Source: Squalus acanthias
Lineage: Eukaryota
Reading direction: 5' to 3'
DNA: 60,000 bases
Assembly (NCBI GenBank): GCA_030390025.1
Contig: CM059432.1
Location: 135,596,001 to 135,656,000 of the forward strand
The notes beneath the pieces were generated by a model. It was not told the origin of the DNA. It saw only the letters and a list, made by a program, of their open reading frames with translations, and did no database searches. Below, piece after piece: positions 37,716-50,879 of the stretch. Every line of letters starts with the position of its first letter. Position 1 is the first letter of the stretch. The position numbers were made by a program, and so were the translations under genes.

Positions 37716-40700
37716 TACTCTTTTCTGAATAATGTTATGTTTTGTCTTTTATACATTTCCGATTACATATTGGTACGATCATTACTGGGTGTTCTGTATT
37801 GTGATTTGGGTTACCATTTGGAAATGATCATTGTGTTTTATTCCTTTGATTATTCTAGTTCAATGTTTTAATTTCATCTATTTTAACTCTTATTAAAATC
37901 TTTAAAAAGTATAAATTGTTTTTTCTCCAACTAGGCTGTCCAACCGCCCCCCCCCCCATTTGTTTTCTATTCCTGACATTAGCAAACAATATATTGAATA
38001 TTCAGTGATATTGTTTGATTTTGCTATTTGGGAATGTATAATGTTTCCTGGGTTGTAGTTTTATAATTTTAATTTTAATGGGTAATTTCATGTGAGTTTA
38101 TATACAATCTACTTACGGATGTGGTTATAAACAGGTTTCCACCAATCTCACACAATTTGGTTGCTTTCTTTGATGTGAAAGTACAGCTGAGTCATGACAA
38201 GTACAGAGCTCCCCCCCTCCCACCCAAAAAAACTCCTGAGACTAGTTTTACAAGTGATTGGAAAGATACATTAGAATTCTATACCGGAATCAGGGAACTT
38301 TGGACTCTGCTGTATCATAGTATGACAATACTGAAATATTTTAATTGTTGCACTTGATTTATGCACATTTTTATGTATGATTTGCATATTTTCTGACATT
38401 GAATTTTAAATCCGTGATCCTTTACCTTATTTTGGCATAAAAACTAGATTTAAAAGTTTAAATAATTTAACTTTTATTTGCAAGTTTTATCTTGAACAGA
38501 TACACATTCCACATACATATATTAAAACCATTTAGTTGTGCAGTTTGATCTTGATTGAATGCGCTTTCAGTCTTTGTTAAGAATTTGGATCGTATAACAT
38601 TTACTTTTGAACCAACTCAATTATTGGCATCCAATTATGTTGACGTGTCCATCTAAAAACTAGGTGACTTTACCATGGCAATGCAAGGCATCGTTCCAAA
38701 TCTGTGACATGATTGATTCAGTTTTGTATGAAAATTATTTTCTGCAGATTTTTTGGTGTGATGTAGTTTATACATCATCTTGATAGAAAAGTAGCGGGAT
38801 AACTGGGGAATAAAGCTGGCAAACAAATGGTGCATTAAATTTTGGCAAGCCCTGTGAGGTCACCTTGAGGAGGTATTTTTTTCCAGTGTTGGCAAATAAA
38901 TGTACTGTTGGTTCTTTGCTCATACTAAAAAATTAATTGACATTTGGATGCTTGTGGGTGGAGCATAAATAGAGGGCGTATTTCCTGATCAAAGCATGGT
39001 GGATTTGACACTACAACTCAGCACTGCTAACTCTGCACCGCTTTACGCAGATACCTATAAACCAGCACGTTAACAAAATGATGAGGACTTGTTATTGTTC
39101 TCTGTTTATGAAAGACAACTTTTTCTGGTCTACGTATTCTGATTGAAGTCAAATTGAAAAGCTTCATCCAGATACTATGGTTGTAAACATTCAGAAAGCT
39201 CCCTAGCCTGCCACACAAGAAAAAAAATCGTATTTATTATATATTTATGTATTTTTCAGACTTTTGTTATTTGAACCTTGTATTTTGTCACCTGAAGTTT
39301 TCTTATGTTACCTGCATCTTTAGTTACTTCTAAGAGACTCTATGAATGAAAGCGGTGCCCCGTGTGATTTCTTCAAAGGAGATGTCATATTTTAAATTTG
39401 GGATATAATTAGCATATCCCGCAGCAGCACTGAGATGTAATTAATATTTTCACTGTTGATGCGGACTAAATTTAATTTCAACTTCCATTGTAAGTTATTC
39501 AATCCACCTCCAGCGTTGAAAACACAACGTGCCATTTTGCCACCGGCCATAACACAAATTCTTTATTCTTCCCACTGCCTTTCCTCTCACTGGTCTAGAA
39601 AATGAAATAAAAGTGAAATGGTGTTTTGTATATTCCTCATCTTGCCAATTACTATCTGTTAGGGGCTTCTTCCTTTTTAGTCCTCTTGGAATGAAAAGCA
39701 CACCTTGTTTTACCATTCAGAGTTTAGTATCAGTTGGCACATCACTCAAATGCTAAATGTAGTATAAAATACACAAAGCATTGTTAAATTTATAGTGCTA
39801 ATGTTGAAAATTACTGTCAACACAAGTAGAAGAAAATATGTAGTGATTATCCCCCCCCCATGGGAACTAAGTGGGCGCAGGAGCAGGAGAAAATCTCTTG
39901 TGTTGCTTTACTACAATGTTAATGATAGGCAATATTATTTTGTGCAAAACAGCACAACATTTGCAGCGATTGGGGACTTAGGTTACAAATCTTTCCATTT
40001 TCCAAACCTTGCATGTCACTATTCAAGATAATAGTGAAGGTCAAGCTATGAAATCTGCCACAGTGCAATGGAGGATGCATTTAATATTGGTAGGAGAGTC
40101 AAAGTGAACCATGGAGGAAAGGGATCTTATGATTTGAACCTTCGTTAAAATGCTACCACTGACATAGGTAGCTCATTGGAAATTACCGTCAAAGAGTTAT
40201 TGCTTAATAAACAAAAATTAAGTAAGATACAGCATCTCCATTTTCCAAGTAATGTTCCACTTCACAAATTAAGAAATTAACCAATGAAAGATTCTCCCAT
40301 TTTAACCCCCAGCAGGTCATTTAGTAATTCACATTTAATAGTTTATTTTAAATTAGATAACACTTACATCAAGTTCCGTTCAAAAAGGATACTGCAGGGT
40401 TAAATACTCTCATTAACAGGTTCTTTAGAAGGACATCATCATAAACCACAAACTTCTATTCCAGTATTCTGGTTTTGAAAATTGACAGGGTCAGGAAAGA
40501 AAAAAACGCTTTTACCTTGCAAATCATATCCTGCATTTTTTTTTTATTTATTCCATATGACAAAATAGTAACCTAGACTAAGACATCCATTTCAATCAGT
40601 AGATGTGTCAAGCCAACAAGGTTTAATAAAAATATTGGATATAGGTAACAATTCCCAACTGGTTCAGGTTGGCTTCCCAGCCCTACATGGTATCGCAGTA

Positions 40701-40939
40701 TAAAAATAGTGTCTCTCTTCACCATGTAGAGAGGAACAACCAGCACCTGAATACAAAAGGGTTCAGTCTACCTACTGCCCTATTTACATTGCTTTAGAAG
40801 TCTTAAGTTACAGATCCTTATGGACAGAACACTACATGGTACCAAATGCTAACATTTGGGTAACAAAAATTCACACCAAAAAATGACACAGATAAATAAA
40901 ACATTCAACTGCTGAAAATACAGCAACGTTAAGCCACCT

Positions 40940-43900
40940 TACAACTTGTTTTGTTTCATTTTATTTATGCTCTTGAAAGGTTCCCAAATCGCCCACACTT
41001 AGTGCTTAAAAGGTGGAAGTAACACAGGATTGACGCATTGTTCTCACTGTAGGAACAAATCCCCTTGCAGTAAATACAATAGTTTTAGTGGGGGGCAAAA
41101 CAGCTCTTCTAGGATCAGTCGTGACTCTTCATGTTGGTTGATTATCACAAGATAGCAGAAACAACCAGTAAAGTGATTTTTTTTTACGTTCTTTAAGGGA
41201 GTCCCAAATTTTTTTTTTCAATGAGCAGATTGTCCCACTTTTAGTCCATTCAAAATACCCGCCATGCAAACTCCACCATGTGATTACCGTGTCTTTTGCC
41301 CAATTCATATTGCAATATCTCTTCAAAAACAGTTTCATACAAATGGAAGTTTTTACACCACCGTCCACCGTGCTTTCAATGCAAAAAAAATGAGGTAGTA
41401 CTGTACACGAAACGGTTACTGTTAGTTCAAGTTTTGATTAAGCTCCACCCATCCCGATTTGCTAGCTTACTTAATAATAATGTAGATTAAAAACGTTGTC
41501 AGACTTCTTACTATGGTGCACCATTAATAAATGATCACCAGTTGTGTCACTCTTTTACCATTAAGGACAGTTGTGCTTGATACCCAAAGCATACCGAGGA
41601 GACAAATAGCCAGGCTGAATGCATTTTCCAGCGTTTTAAACATTAAAGAAAGTTTACAACACTTTCATCAAATTCATAACATACGCCTTCTTATCTTACA
41701 TTTAATACTTGTCTTTAGACTATGGAAATTTGTTGATTAGTCGTAAATCTGCTGGGTTTAAAAAGGTCAAAAATAAAGTTTGCACAAATCTCTTTTACTC
41801 ATCTCAGTTGTATCATAAGGTGCAAGGTATTTTACATATCCCAGCTCCATTACAGAATTCAAATTATACAAATCAGTCTCCACCGGTCAATCATTTTAGT
41901 GAAATACGTCATTGCGAGTACAAAATGGGATTTCCCGCTTTGTATTCGTGCTGACGTACTCAGTAAAATTGTTCACAGGAGGAGTTTCACCCTCTTAATG
42001 ATCAACTGGCACAAAGGTCAGACCTACAGGGGTGCAACAGTGTCAGGAGAACCTTCAGGTACAAAATGAAGTTGCTCCGCAAGACTTAATTTTGCTCCAT
42101 CTCTGGGTCCACGATTGGTCCCATCTGCTGTGTTGCGCAACAAAATGAAGACTCAAAAAGTACTACCAGTGCAGGGACAGTATTATGATCATGTTCTGGG
42201 AAGAACTTGTTCTCAATCAGAATAATCGACTGCTACATAACCGAATATGTGCTCAGTTCCATGAGTTGAGAACATATTCATAACAGTTTTATGCTCACAC
42301 CTCTACACCCACGGCCATTGCTGACTCTATGAAGAATGGGCACAGCAATGACAGTGGTTGCTGCTGGTAACCGAGCAGTACTTCAAATGAGCTACTGCCA
42401 AAATTTGAAGGAGAACAAATGAAGTGGATATCACATCTCCTCAATCACACTTGAGATTTCACAGCATCTGTTCCAGATGTGCTTTTACACTTGGATTGAC
42501 ACCGAGTAAGGATGACAGTTTCAGCTGAAGTAATTTCTAAATCAGCAAGTTTAATGCATTTAAAACAAAACTCTCTTCTCCAATTTAACAGTAAATAGTG
42601 GCATGTAAGTGGGGGTTAAAGATTCCTCATGGGCTCTTCGCTCCCTATTTGTCCAAAGTGTGTTATCTTCTTGTCAACACAGAAGGCAAAAGCTCCATGA
42701 AGTGTGCAAAATATAAGCGACTCTGCAGAGCAGGGGGGGGGGCAGAAAAACTTGTGCTCCAGTGTACAAATGCCCCCGACTATAGTCACTGAAAAATGGA
42801 GCAAAGCCAGATACCTACTGGCATGTGGATTTAAAAAAGAAAATCTCTTTGTGCCTCACATCTTGACATTTCTGTTCCACTAAAAACAATGGAAGCAGGA
42901 CAATAAAAGTAGGGATTGCCAGATCCAGAGCAACTTTCCCACGAGCCGTAACACTTAAAAGTTGTTTTTCATAGGAGAAAATAACAATAAAAGATTTCAT
43001 GTTGACACCTACTTTAAGGGACAAATAAAATGTCCTGTTAACAATTTCTGACCAATTAAAAAATATAGGACTCTGGTGGATTCAATTCCTTTTGTACAGT
43101 TTTAATGCACCCATTAACACGTTTGCATAAATTCCTGTCTTTGCCATTTTAATGTAGATGCTAAGCAGTTTGAAATAATTGAGTTAACATCTACGTTAAA
43201 ATAGCACAGACAGGATTTTTTTTTAGGAAAGTGTTAATTGTGCTAAAAACAGTTGGAATAAATCCGTAGATGCTATTGTCTTAAAATAAAACACATTGTA
43301 TGTGATACAAATAAGTTTTTAAACTGTATGCAGTTCCATGGCATCAAGTACATCCTAAATGGACTCTTGGCCTCCAATCTGCATGCTATTTAATAACCTA
43401 TTAATACTGCACTGGGTTGGGCCAGTAACAAACATGTACCAGTTGATCAGTTAAATATATTAATAATTAAAAGAGGGTCGCAGGCACCATAGTTAAGGGG
43501 GACCATCACTTTTTTGTAATGGGTCTGTGAAAATAAAATTTTAACACAGAAATGTTAAAATAAAACCAAGATAAAATTTGCTGGGAGGACTGAGATACTG
43601 TATTTCAAGAATAAACTAAAAAGTACTGCAGTATACATGTGATTTCCGACAGTTTAAGTAACAAATAGGGTGTGTTCTCTCTATATAACTGAAGTTGGAA
43701 GTGAATAGATTTAGATTAAGTCCCATTCTAAATTTTTAAAAGGTCATTTAATGGAGGATTTCACTTGATCAAACACAATCCTACCCTCTCTTATCTGAAA
43801 CACATATCTGACCTAAAAGGGCTAAATAGCAGCTTCTTCAAAACAGTTTTAAAATTTTTCATCAAAAAAAAAGGTCACAATGGCATTCACTTGCATTTGG

Positions 43901-44768
43901 AAAAAAAAAGAAATAAACGACAAGCCTACAAGTTTTGTTCTTTCCATAGGTGAGAAAAGAGACTTCCAGACTTCACCATGTATCTGGCTACAATTTAAAT
44001 TAATGCGGTGGTTACAAAGCTGTCAGTAACAAATTTTAAGTTTTTTTTTAATAAGAAACACGTAGATATATGCATATACCTTGCATATATTTATGCAAAT
44101 GCCAAAAAATGAGGGTGGGGCTGGATACTATTTCTGACCCGCATAATCTTGACATTATAAATAGTACAGACAAGCACACTTTTTATAGTACACATCTCTG
44201 GGGACACAAAAAAAATCACCTTTTTTCTTTTTTAAAGAGCAGGATATCTTAAAAGAAAAAAAAATTATATATAATTTCAAGTTTCTACTTCATGTGAAGA
44301 CAATTAGCACACTTGTCCAGCCATACTCCAGTCAGTTTATGCTTTCCAGGCCCTCAGCGATTCCACTCACAGTATCGTTGTCAAGGAACTAAATTAGAGC
44401 AATGGCCCCACCCAGTTTCCAATCCATCAAACAGTTCATCTGTTCACGGTAACCAAGAGCCTATTAATTTTATGAATGTACAATTTTTTTTTTTTTTTAG
44501 TTTTGAAGTACTTTTCTGTAAAATTTACTATTGAAACAAGTAGTACCATGCAAATCTTGCAAGACAACTCAAACCATAACCAGAATATGGAACTTTCGTG
44601 ATTCTGGGTATGAGTAAAGGAGCAAGAAAACACAACAACTGAGTATTTGGAGTTGAAGTCATATCTTAACAACTATTGAAGGTATGCTCCAAAAACTGTA
44701 CATAATATAGTACAAGATTCCAAAGGTAAAATGGTCCATTTGTTACTTGTGTTTAAGAGCGCCATGTT
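40940..44768 (-). other. sall3: Putative SALL3 3' UTR (~3.8 kb)
   Basis: AT-rich, no recognisable transposon between the stop codon and AATAAA, contains miRNA 8mer sites; earlier ATTAAA hexamers could give shorter forms. Confidence 0.5.
40960..40965 (-). terminator. Probable SALL3 polyadenylation signal (AATAAA)
   Basis: First canonical AATAAA I found on the minus strand after the stop codon, followed by U/GU-rich sequence; further AATAAA near 40543-40552. Confidence 0.5.
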
Positions 44769-45200
44769 TTAGTTAATGCCAATTTCTTTGTTATCTTCAA
44801 TAAATCTAGCGAATGGCCGATTTGCTCCTCCTTCTGTGCTCGGTTTCTCCAGACCAGCAACAGGCGGACTGCTGCCTGTGCGACCCCTGTCCATTCCGCC
44901 GGTCATACTAGTTAAAGCTGCGATACCACTGCCCCCCAAGCTAACAGGGAGCTGAGGAATGCCTCCATTCTGTATAACAGAAATCTCGTTATTTTTCATA
45001 GCTAGACCATTCGTAATAGCAGCAGCGTATTGGTTCCAGAATGTTGCGTCAACATTCATTGCCCGAGCTGCCAAATCCTTTTGAAACATCTCTGAGAACT
45101 TCATAGCATCACCACCTAGTAAAGCCATTGGGTTCTCCACTGACAGACGACGCCCTCGTCTTGCTGGAGCGTTATTCCACATATGGGTTCCCATGTGAAC
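44769..45200 (-). CDS. sall3: Sal-like protein 3, terminal coding exon
   Basis: Acceptor tttccgttag|GTT CAC ATG; encodes [46 protein letters not shown]...[37 protein letters not shown]...[12 protein letters not shown], completing the last zinc finger in phase 0. Confidence 0.96.
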   Translation of the reverse strand, partial: VHMGTHMWNNAPARRGRRLSVENPMALLGGDAMKFSEMFQKDLAARAMNVDATFWNQYAAAITNGLAMKNNEISVIQNGGIPQLPVSLGGSGIAALTSMTGGMDRGRTGSSPPVAGLEKPSTEGGANRPFARFIEDNKEIGIN

Positions 45201-45401
45201 CTAACGGAAAACACAAAACAGTAACAAAAAAAACACACTGTTAAAAAGAATATATTTTCGAATGCAATACATTTTTGATATGCAATGTGTTTTTTCAATT
45301 ACCCCACTATTACAAACATCTGCACAGATTCTCTTTAAGGGTTTCATTCAGCAGAGGAATCTTGAAACAGTGAAGTGTGCCAAATGCAATTCTGAAATAG
45401 A

Positions 45402-45577
45402 AGCACAAAATGCTGGAAATGCACAGCAGGGTCAATCAGCATCTGAAAGAGAAAGATAGGTTAACATTTCGCATGTGACCTTTGTCAGAACATGAATTGT
45501 TTTCTTCTCTTTCAGAGGCGAATCAACCTGTTAGGCATTTCCAACATTTTCTGTTTTATATTTCAAATTTCCAGCTT
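45402..45577. repeat. Older degenerate copy of the family A fold-back element
   Basis: caaaatgctggaaatgcacagcagg ... ggcatttccaacattttctg...tttcaaatttccagc; decayed hammerhead core on minus strand near 45461-45490. Confidence 0.65.
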
Positions 45578-45666
45578 TTAAACAAAAATCAATTTTGATT
45601 TGGTTGTAGTCACTCATAATAGTCACAATCATCACTTTTTTTTAAACTGAACATTTTAAATATGAT

Positions 45667-45897
45667 CACAGAAAATGCTGGAAACACTCAGCAGGTCAGG
45701 CATGCAGCATCAAGGAGAGAGAAACAGAGTCAACGTTTCGAGTCAGGGACCGTTCGTCAGAACTGGAAATTCTGACGAAGGGTGCCCGACTCGAAACGTT
45801 GACTCTGTTTCTCTCTCCTCGATGCTGCCTGGCCTGCTGAGTGTTTCCAGCATTTTCTGTTGTTAATTCAGATTTCCAGCATCCGCAGTATTTTGCT
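45667..45897 (+). mobile_element. Penelope-like-derived palindromic element (family A) with two opposed minimal hammerhead motifs, in SALL3 intron 2
   Basis: Arms 45668-45762 / 45770-45860; CTGACGA-A-GGGT..ACTC-GAAA-CGTT on + (45772-45800) and a mirror copy on - ; 14-bp TSD attttaaatatgat (45653-45666, 45898-45911). Confidence 0.82.
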
Positions 45898-45996
45898 ATT
45901 TTAAATATGATTATGAGTTTATAATGCAAATCTTTTAGTCGCAATTTCTACTTTCCTTTTTTATTTATGTTGCTTAATTTGAATTACTGGATAATT

Positions 45997-46305
45997 CAAC
46001 AACAAGAACGTACGTTTATATAGCGTCTTTAATGTAGAAAAACATTCCAAATTGCTTCGCAGAGGCCAATCAGAAAAAAATGGACGCCGAGCCAAAGAAG
46101 GAGGTATTAGGAGAAGCGACCAAACATTTGGCCAAAGAGGGACGGATTTTGTGGTGGGGACTGAAAACTATTTCTTCAGTCCTCCTAATGTTCAGCACGA
46201 TGCAATTGCGGCTCATCCAAGACTGGATGTCGGACAGCACAGTGACAGTGGAGAGGTTGAAAGAGATAGTGGTGCGGTAGAGCCAGGTGTCATCAGCGTG
46301 CATGA
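45997..46305 (-). mobile_element. L2 LINE fragment with internal deletion and 3' tail
   Basis: ADDTWLY...LSDIQSWMSRN...LNIRRTEEIVF; caacaacaa tail on the + strand. Confidence 0.8.
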
Positions 46306-46326
46306 ATGGAAGCTGTCCCGAAAGAA

Positions 46327-48748
46327 GGGCTGGATTTTCTCTGCGGTGGCGGGATGGTAGCGGGATAGCTGGTTGCCAGGTTCCGGTCCCGCTCCCGGCT
46401 GCAGCCGCTCTGTCAAAGGGATTTTCCCTTGGTTGGCCTTGTTAAGGCCGTCCTGCGGGCTTCCCGGCCAATTAACAGGAAGCGGGTCTGATGACGTCAT
46501 TTGATGACGTGTCATCAGCCGGTTTCCTTAAAGGGACCACGGCAACATTGAGTTTGACAGTTGTTCTGTCAGTGTTTGACAGCATTGAGGTGCTGCAAAC
46601 ACTGACAAGCACTGCACAAATGTGGACGCTTGCACCCAGGCTCTCCAATGACTCCCTCCATATGCTTATGGAGGGAGTCACAGCACGCAGGGAGGATCTC
46701 TTCCCTTCCAAGGGCGGAAGAGACCTCCCCAGGACACCAACGCAGCCTGGTTGCACATTACACAGGAGGGCACAAGCAGGGATGTCGTCAGGGGTCCCTG
46801 GCTGCAGTGGCGCAAACCTTTCAATGATCTCAGTGGATCAAGAAACGTTACTGCAAAGCCACACTCAAACTCACCCTGCTGTGCCACTCAACACATCCCC
46901 ATCACTCTGCCTTCCATACCCTTCTCCTGCACATCCTTACTCACACCAACTTACCTTGCACCTCCACCTAACCCTCTCTATTTACATGATCAATTCCCCA
47001 TCTCACTAGCCACCCCTCATACTCACCCTCATCCTACTGCAAGCATACCAACTAACAACACACAAGGGCAGGCACTTGAGAGGTTTAGCCAATGTCCATG
47101 TGAAGTTTCTGGTAATGTGTTGTAGATCATAGAACATAGGATCATAGAAGATAGGAGCAGGAGTAGGCCATTCGGCCCTGCTAGCCTGCTCCGCCATTCA
47201 ATGCGATCATGGCTGATCATCCAAATTCAGTACCCTGTCCCTGCTTTCTCCCCATATCCCTTGATCCCTTTAGCCTTAAGAAATATATCCAACTCCTTCT
47301 TGAATCTATTTAATGAATTGGCCTCAACTGCCTTCTGTGGCAGATAATTCCACAGGTTCACCACTCTCTGGGTGAAGAAATTCCTCCTCATTTCTGTCCT
47401 AAATGGCTTACCCCTTATCCTTAGACTGTGACCCCTGGTTCTGGACTCCCCGACCATCGGGAACATCCTTCCTGCATCTAGTTTGTCCTGTCCTGTCAGA
47501 ATTTTATAAGTTTCAATGAGATCCCCTCTCATTCTTCTAAATTCCAGCGAGTATAAGCCCAATCGACCCAATCTCTCTTCATACGTCATTCCTTCCATCC
47601 CAGGTATCAGCCTTGTGAATCTTCGCTGAACTCCTTCCATGGCAAGAACATCCTTCCTCAGATAAGGCGACCAAAACTGCACACAGTACTCAAGGTGTGG
47701 TCTCACCAAGGCACTGTACAACTGCAGCAAGACATCCTTGTTCCTGTCATACAGTGAAATCTATATTTTCAGCACTGCCCCTTATTGGACAGATCTGTAC
47801 GCACCTTGAGAAGTGTCTTACTGAGTTCCAGTGATTGTTGAGACATAACTTCCCCCACGCCCCACGTCCCCCCTCCCTCCCCCGCTATAGTGATGAGTGT
47901 GTGCATGGAATGGCTTGGACATTAAAGGGATGCTTTATGTTGCTGGTGTGGGATGGTGTCAACCTGGCGCATCATGTGGCAGCCAGGGTTTACAGCGTCA
48001 AGTGAAGTAAATCTGGCCATGGTGATGCCATCGCTGGCCTCCCGGGCAGCAATGTTGTCAGGGGCTGATGCCCTGTGTCCTGTGCAGCATCAGGTGATGG
48101 TGGAGAAGGTTGGTGATGTTGTTGGTGATGTTGGTGTTAGGGCTGATCGTGGAAGGATTCGGAGGACCAAGGTCTGATTTTTTCAAGGGCAACGATGTTG
48201 CTGCAATAGATGGCAGCTGCAGGTGAGATGACAGAAGTGATCTGTCAATGGTGAGAGAGGTTGTTCCAATGAGGTGGCACTGGACATATATTTGGCTCTA
48301 AACACTTGCAAGCTAAAGAAATCACTATATGTATTACAAATGCAGTAACCAACAGTTTCTGCGCTCTGAAACTGACCATCTGCAACATGGTATCCTTTAC
48401 ACCACTTCCTGCAGCTGTCAGCTTATCAGATGCATCATTGCAAACTCAAATCACGCCAGGTTGAGCTGGCGTGTTCCCCGAGCAGTGGGTAACCTGTGGG
48501 GGAGAACGTAAAATTGGAAGGAAGCCTCAAAATACCATTAAATTGGCTGTTAACAAGCTATTTAATGAGCTCAATTGTCTCCCCCGCCGCTTGGTGTCAG
48601 GTCAATTCTCCGCTGACAGACCCGACACCTGGGAGACTCGCGTGGAGGTGGGTTGACAGCGGGTTTCGTACCCGCTGTCAATCTTTGCTATTTTGGCAGC
48701 GGACCCGCCTCCAAACCCGCCCCCTGTGTGCCGGCAAAATTCCGAGCC
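46327..48748 (+). mobile_element. Internally deleted Harbinger transposon with Myb/SANT ORF remnant and nested CR1
   Basis: Left TIR GGGCTGGATTTT, degenerate right end aaaattccgagcc; 46618-46840 reads APRLSNDSLHMLMEGVTARREDLFP then, after a frameshift, EGTSRDVVRGPWLQWRKPFNDL. Confidence 0.7.
47126..47748 (-). mobile_element. CR1 LINE 3' fragment, relatively young
   Basis: Uninterrupted 167-aa ORF2 C-terminus LQLYSALVRPHLEYCVQFWSP...; terminal repeats (atcatagaacataggatcatagaa on +). Confidence 0.95.
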
Positions 48749-48779
48749 ATGTCTACGAAAGATGTTGCCAAGAGGCAGC

Positions 48780-48981
48780 GAGGTAGATTTTCAACTTGCT
48801 ATAAATCTGGCATTGTGGATTGGCCGTTCGTTGCAGAAACTGCCCGATTTGCATTTCCAAACAGAAATGGAAATCAGGCTTTTAAAAAAAATTAAGAAAA
48901 ATAAATTAAAATTGGTTTTCACAATGACGGCCAATTGCCAAGCCAGCTTCATGACTGGGTGGTAAATTAAAAATCTACCCC
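48780..48981. mobile_element. Short MITE
   Basis: Imperfect TIRs gaggtagattttcaa / ttaaaaatctacccc. Confidence 0.55.
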
Positions 48982-48982
48982 A

Positions 48983-49620
48983 GCATGTAGATGAGGATGA
49001 GGAGGGGAGGTAAGGATAGATCCTTGGGGGAATTCTGGAGGTAACAGTGCTTGGGTTGGAAGAGAAGCCATTGTTGGAGATGCAATGGGGACAATCAGAT
49101 CGGTAAGAGTAAAATCAAGTGATGGCAGTCCCACCACTCGTTTAGTGCAAAAATCACTTAGAATTATGAGGAGTAGACTATATGTCATTTTGTACAACCA
49201 AATCTCCAATGATGCTGTTCACAGTTAACCAGATGGGGTCGTTGGCAACTACCCACCCAGCATGGATTGGAGAAGTGGGCATGAAGATTTTAAAATCTCA
49301 TCCTTGTTTTCTAATCCTTCCATGGCCTCGCCTTTCCCTATCTCCAGCCCTACAACCCTCTGAGACCTTTGCGCTCCTCCAATTCTGGCCTCTTGCGCAT
49401 TGGCGGCCGTGCCTTCAGCTGCCTTGGTTCTAAGCTCTGGAATTCCCTCCCTAAACCTCTTCGCCCCTCTACCTCTCTCTCCTCCTTGAACAAGCTTTGG
49501 TCACTTGTCCTAATATCTCCTTATGTGGCTCGGTGTCCAATGTTGTTTGATAACGCTCCTGTGAAGCGCCTTGGGATGTTTTACTACGTTAAAGACGCTC
49601 TATAAATGCAAGCTTTTGTT
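48983..49620. mobile_element. L2 LINE fragments: RT piece on minus (48983-~49290), 3' end on plus (49285-49620)
   Basis: FPQGSIL on minus; LRSSNSGLLRIGGRAFSCLGSKLWNSLP and gctctataaatgcaag tail on plus. Confidence 0.75.
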
Positions 49621-50879
49621 GGAAGTCAGCATACTCAATGTGCTGTGGCCCGATTTTCCAGCTGTTTGTGACCTCCAGTCCACCCTCCCGTCAAACTAGA
49701 CTCTGTGGGAGTACAGTCTCCCGAACTGTACCCTGTTACTTTCTCATGACAGTATTATATGATATAATGCACGATAAATTACTCTTGCTTCTCAGCTGGA
49801 GCTGCGCTTAAGGTGCTTGTCATTTTAAGGCCACAAAGTCTAATTGTTGTAAGTAAACACTGCCAATGGTCATTCAGAGTTCAACTGTTGCTTGGTGAGG
49901 GAATTTTGCAAATTGGAATGTGCTCGTCAGTTTCAGATTGGAGCTCAGCCGCCATAATTTTAAACCTGCTTTGCATCTGTAGCAAAATGCGTCATCTGAA
50001 GTGTGATGTCTGTGCATGCTGCCACACCATTTTTAATATATTCAAAAAAAGATAGATCATAAGAGCGGTTCAGAGAAAAATGATTTTTGTCTGAGGAAGT
50101 GTTAATTTTTCTTGAATAAAATTAGATGTCTGAGTCAGTTCACTATATCTGTAATATCCTTTTTTTGACAAGACTTCTTTCATTGGTTAATGACTGTATT
50201 TCTCTGTTGTACAGATAAATCTTTGAAAGGTTTTATCAAATCACTATATTGATTTTACTCACTGTAATTCATCATTCAAACTTCTGTAAGAAAAAGTCCA
50301 GTGCTAGCTACAGAATTCATGCCCTTCTGACTCTGGTTTTAGGATTTAAACAGTCATGTTCTTCTTAGTTTGTTAAAAGCTAATTTCTATTGAAAACAAG
50401 GCAGTTGTTGGGACTTTTAACTAGGAGCCCATTTGGATACGGATTTTTTTTTGAAGCGGAAGATTTGCTAAGTCTCAGTTGGGTTGTCAAGAGAAAGAGG
50501 GAAAAGGGGAAATGTCTTACAGCGCTACTTGTGCAAACATCCTACATGGTTAAACAAGGAGTGACATTGACAATGGAGATACGGATGGACGACCCATCCT
50601 ACTTTACAAATTAATCGGGACATCTTTTATTCAGGAAGCTTTTTGGGGAGAACAAATTTCAAAATATATCTATTATATGGTTACATTTAAAAAGCGATTT
50701 GCACTGATGTGGCGCCTTATCCTATCTCAGAGATGTCTCAAAGTACTGCAGACACAATGCGAACAAATTTCCTCAGAGCTTCGTAACTTTGGAGGAAATC
50801 CTGTTTACCCGTGCAAATGGGGTTCCCAATGATCTTCTGCTGAAGTTATGGTGGCAGAAGCCCCGAGAAAACTCCCGGC

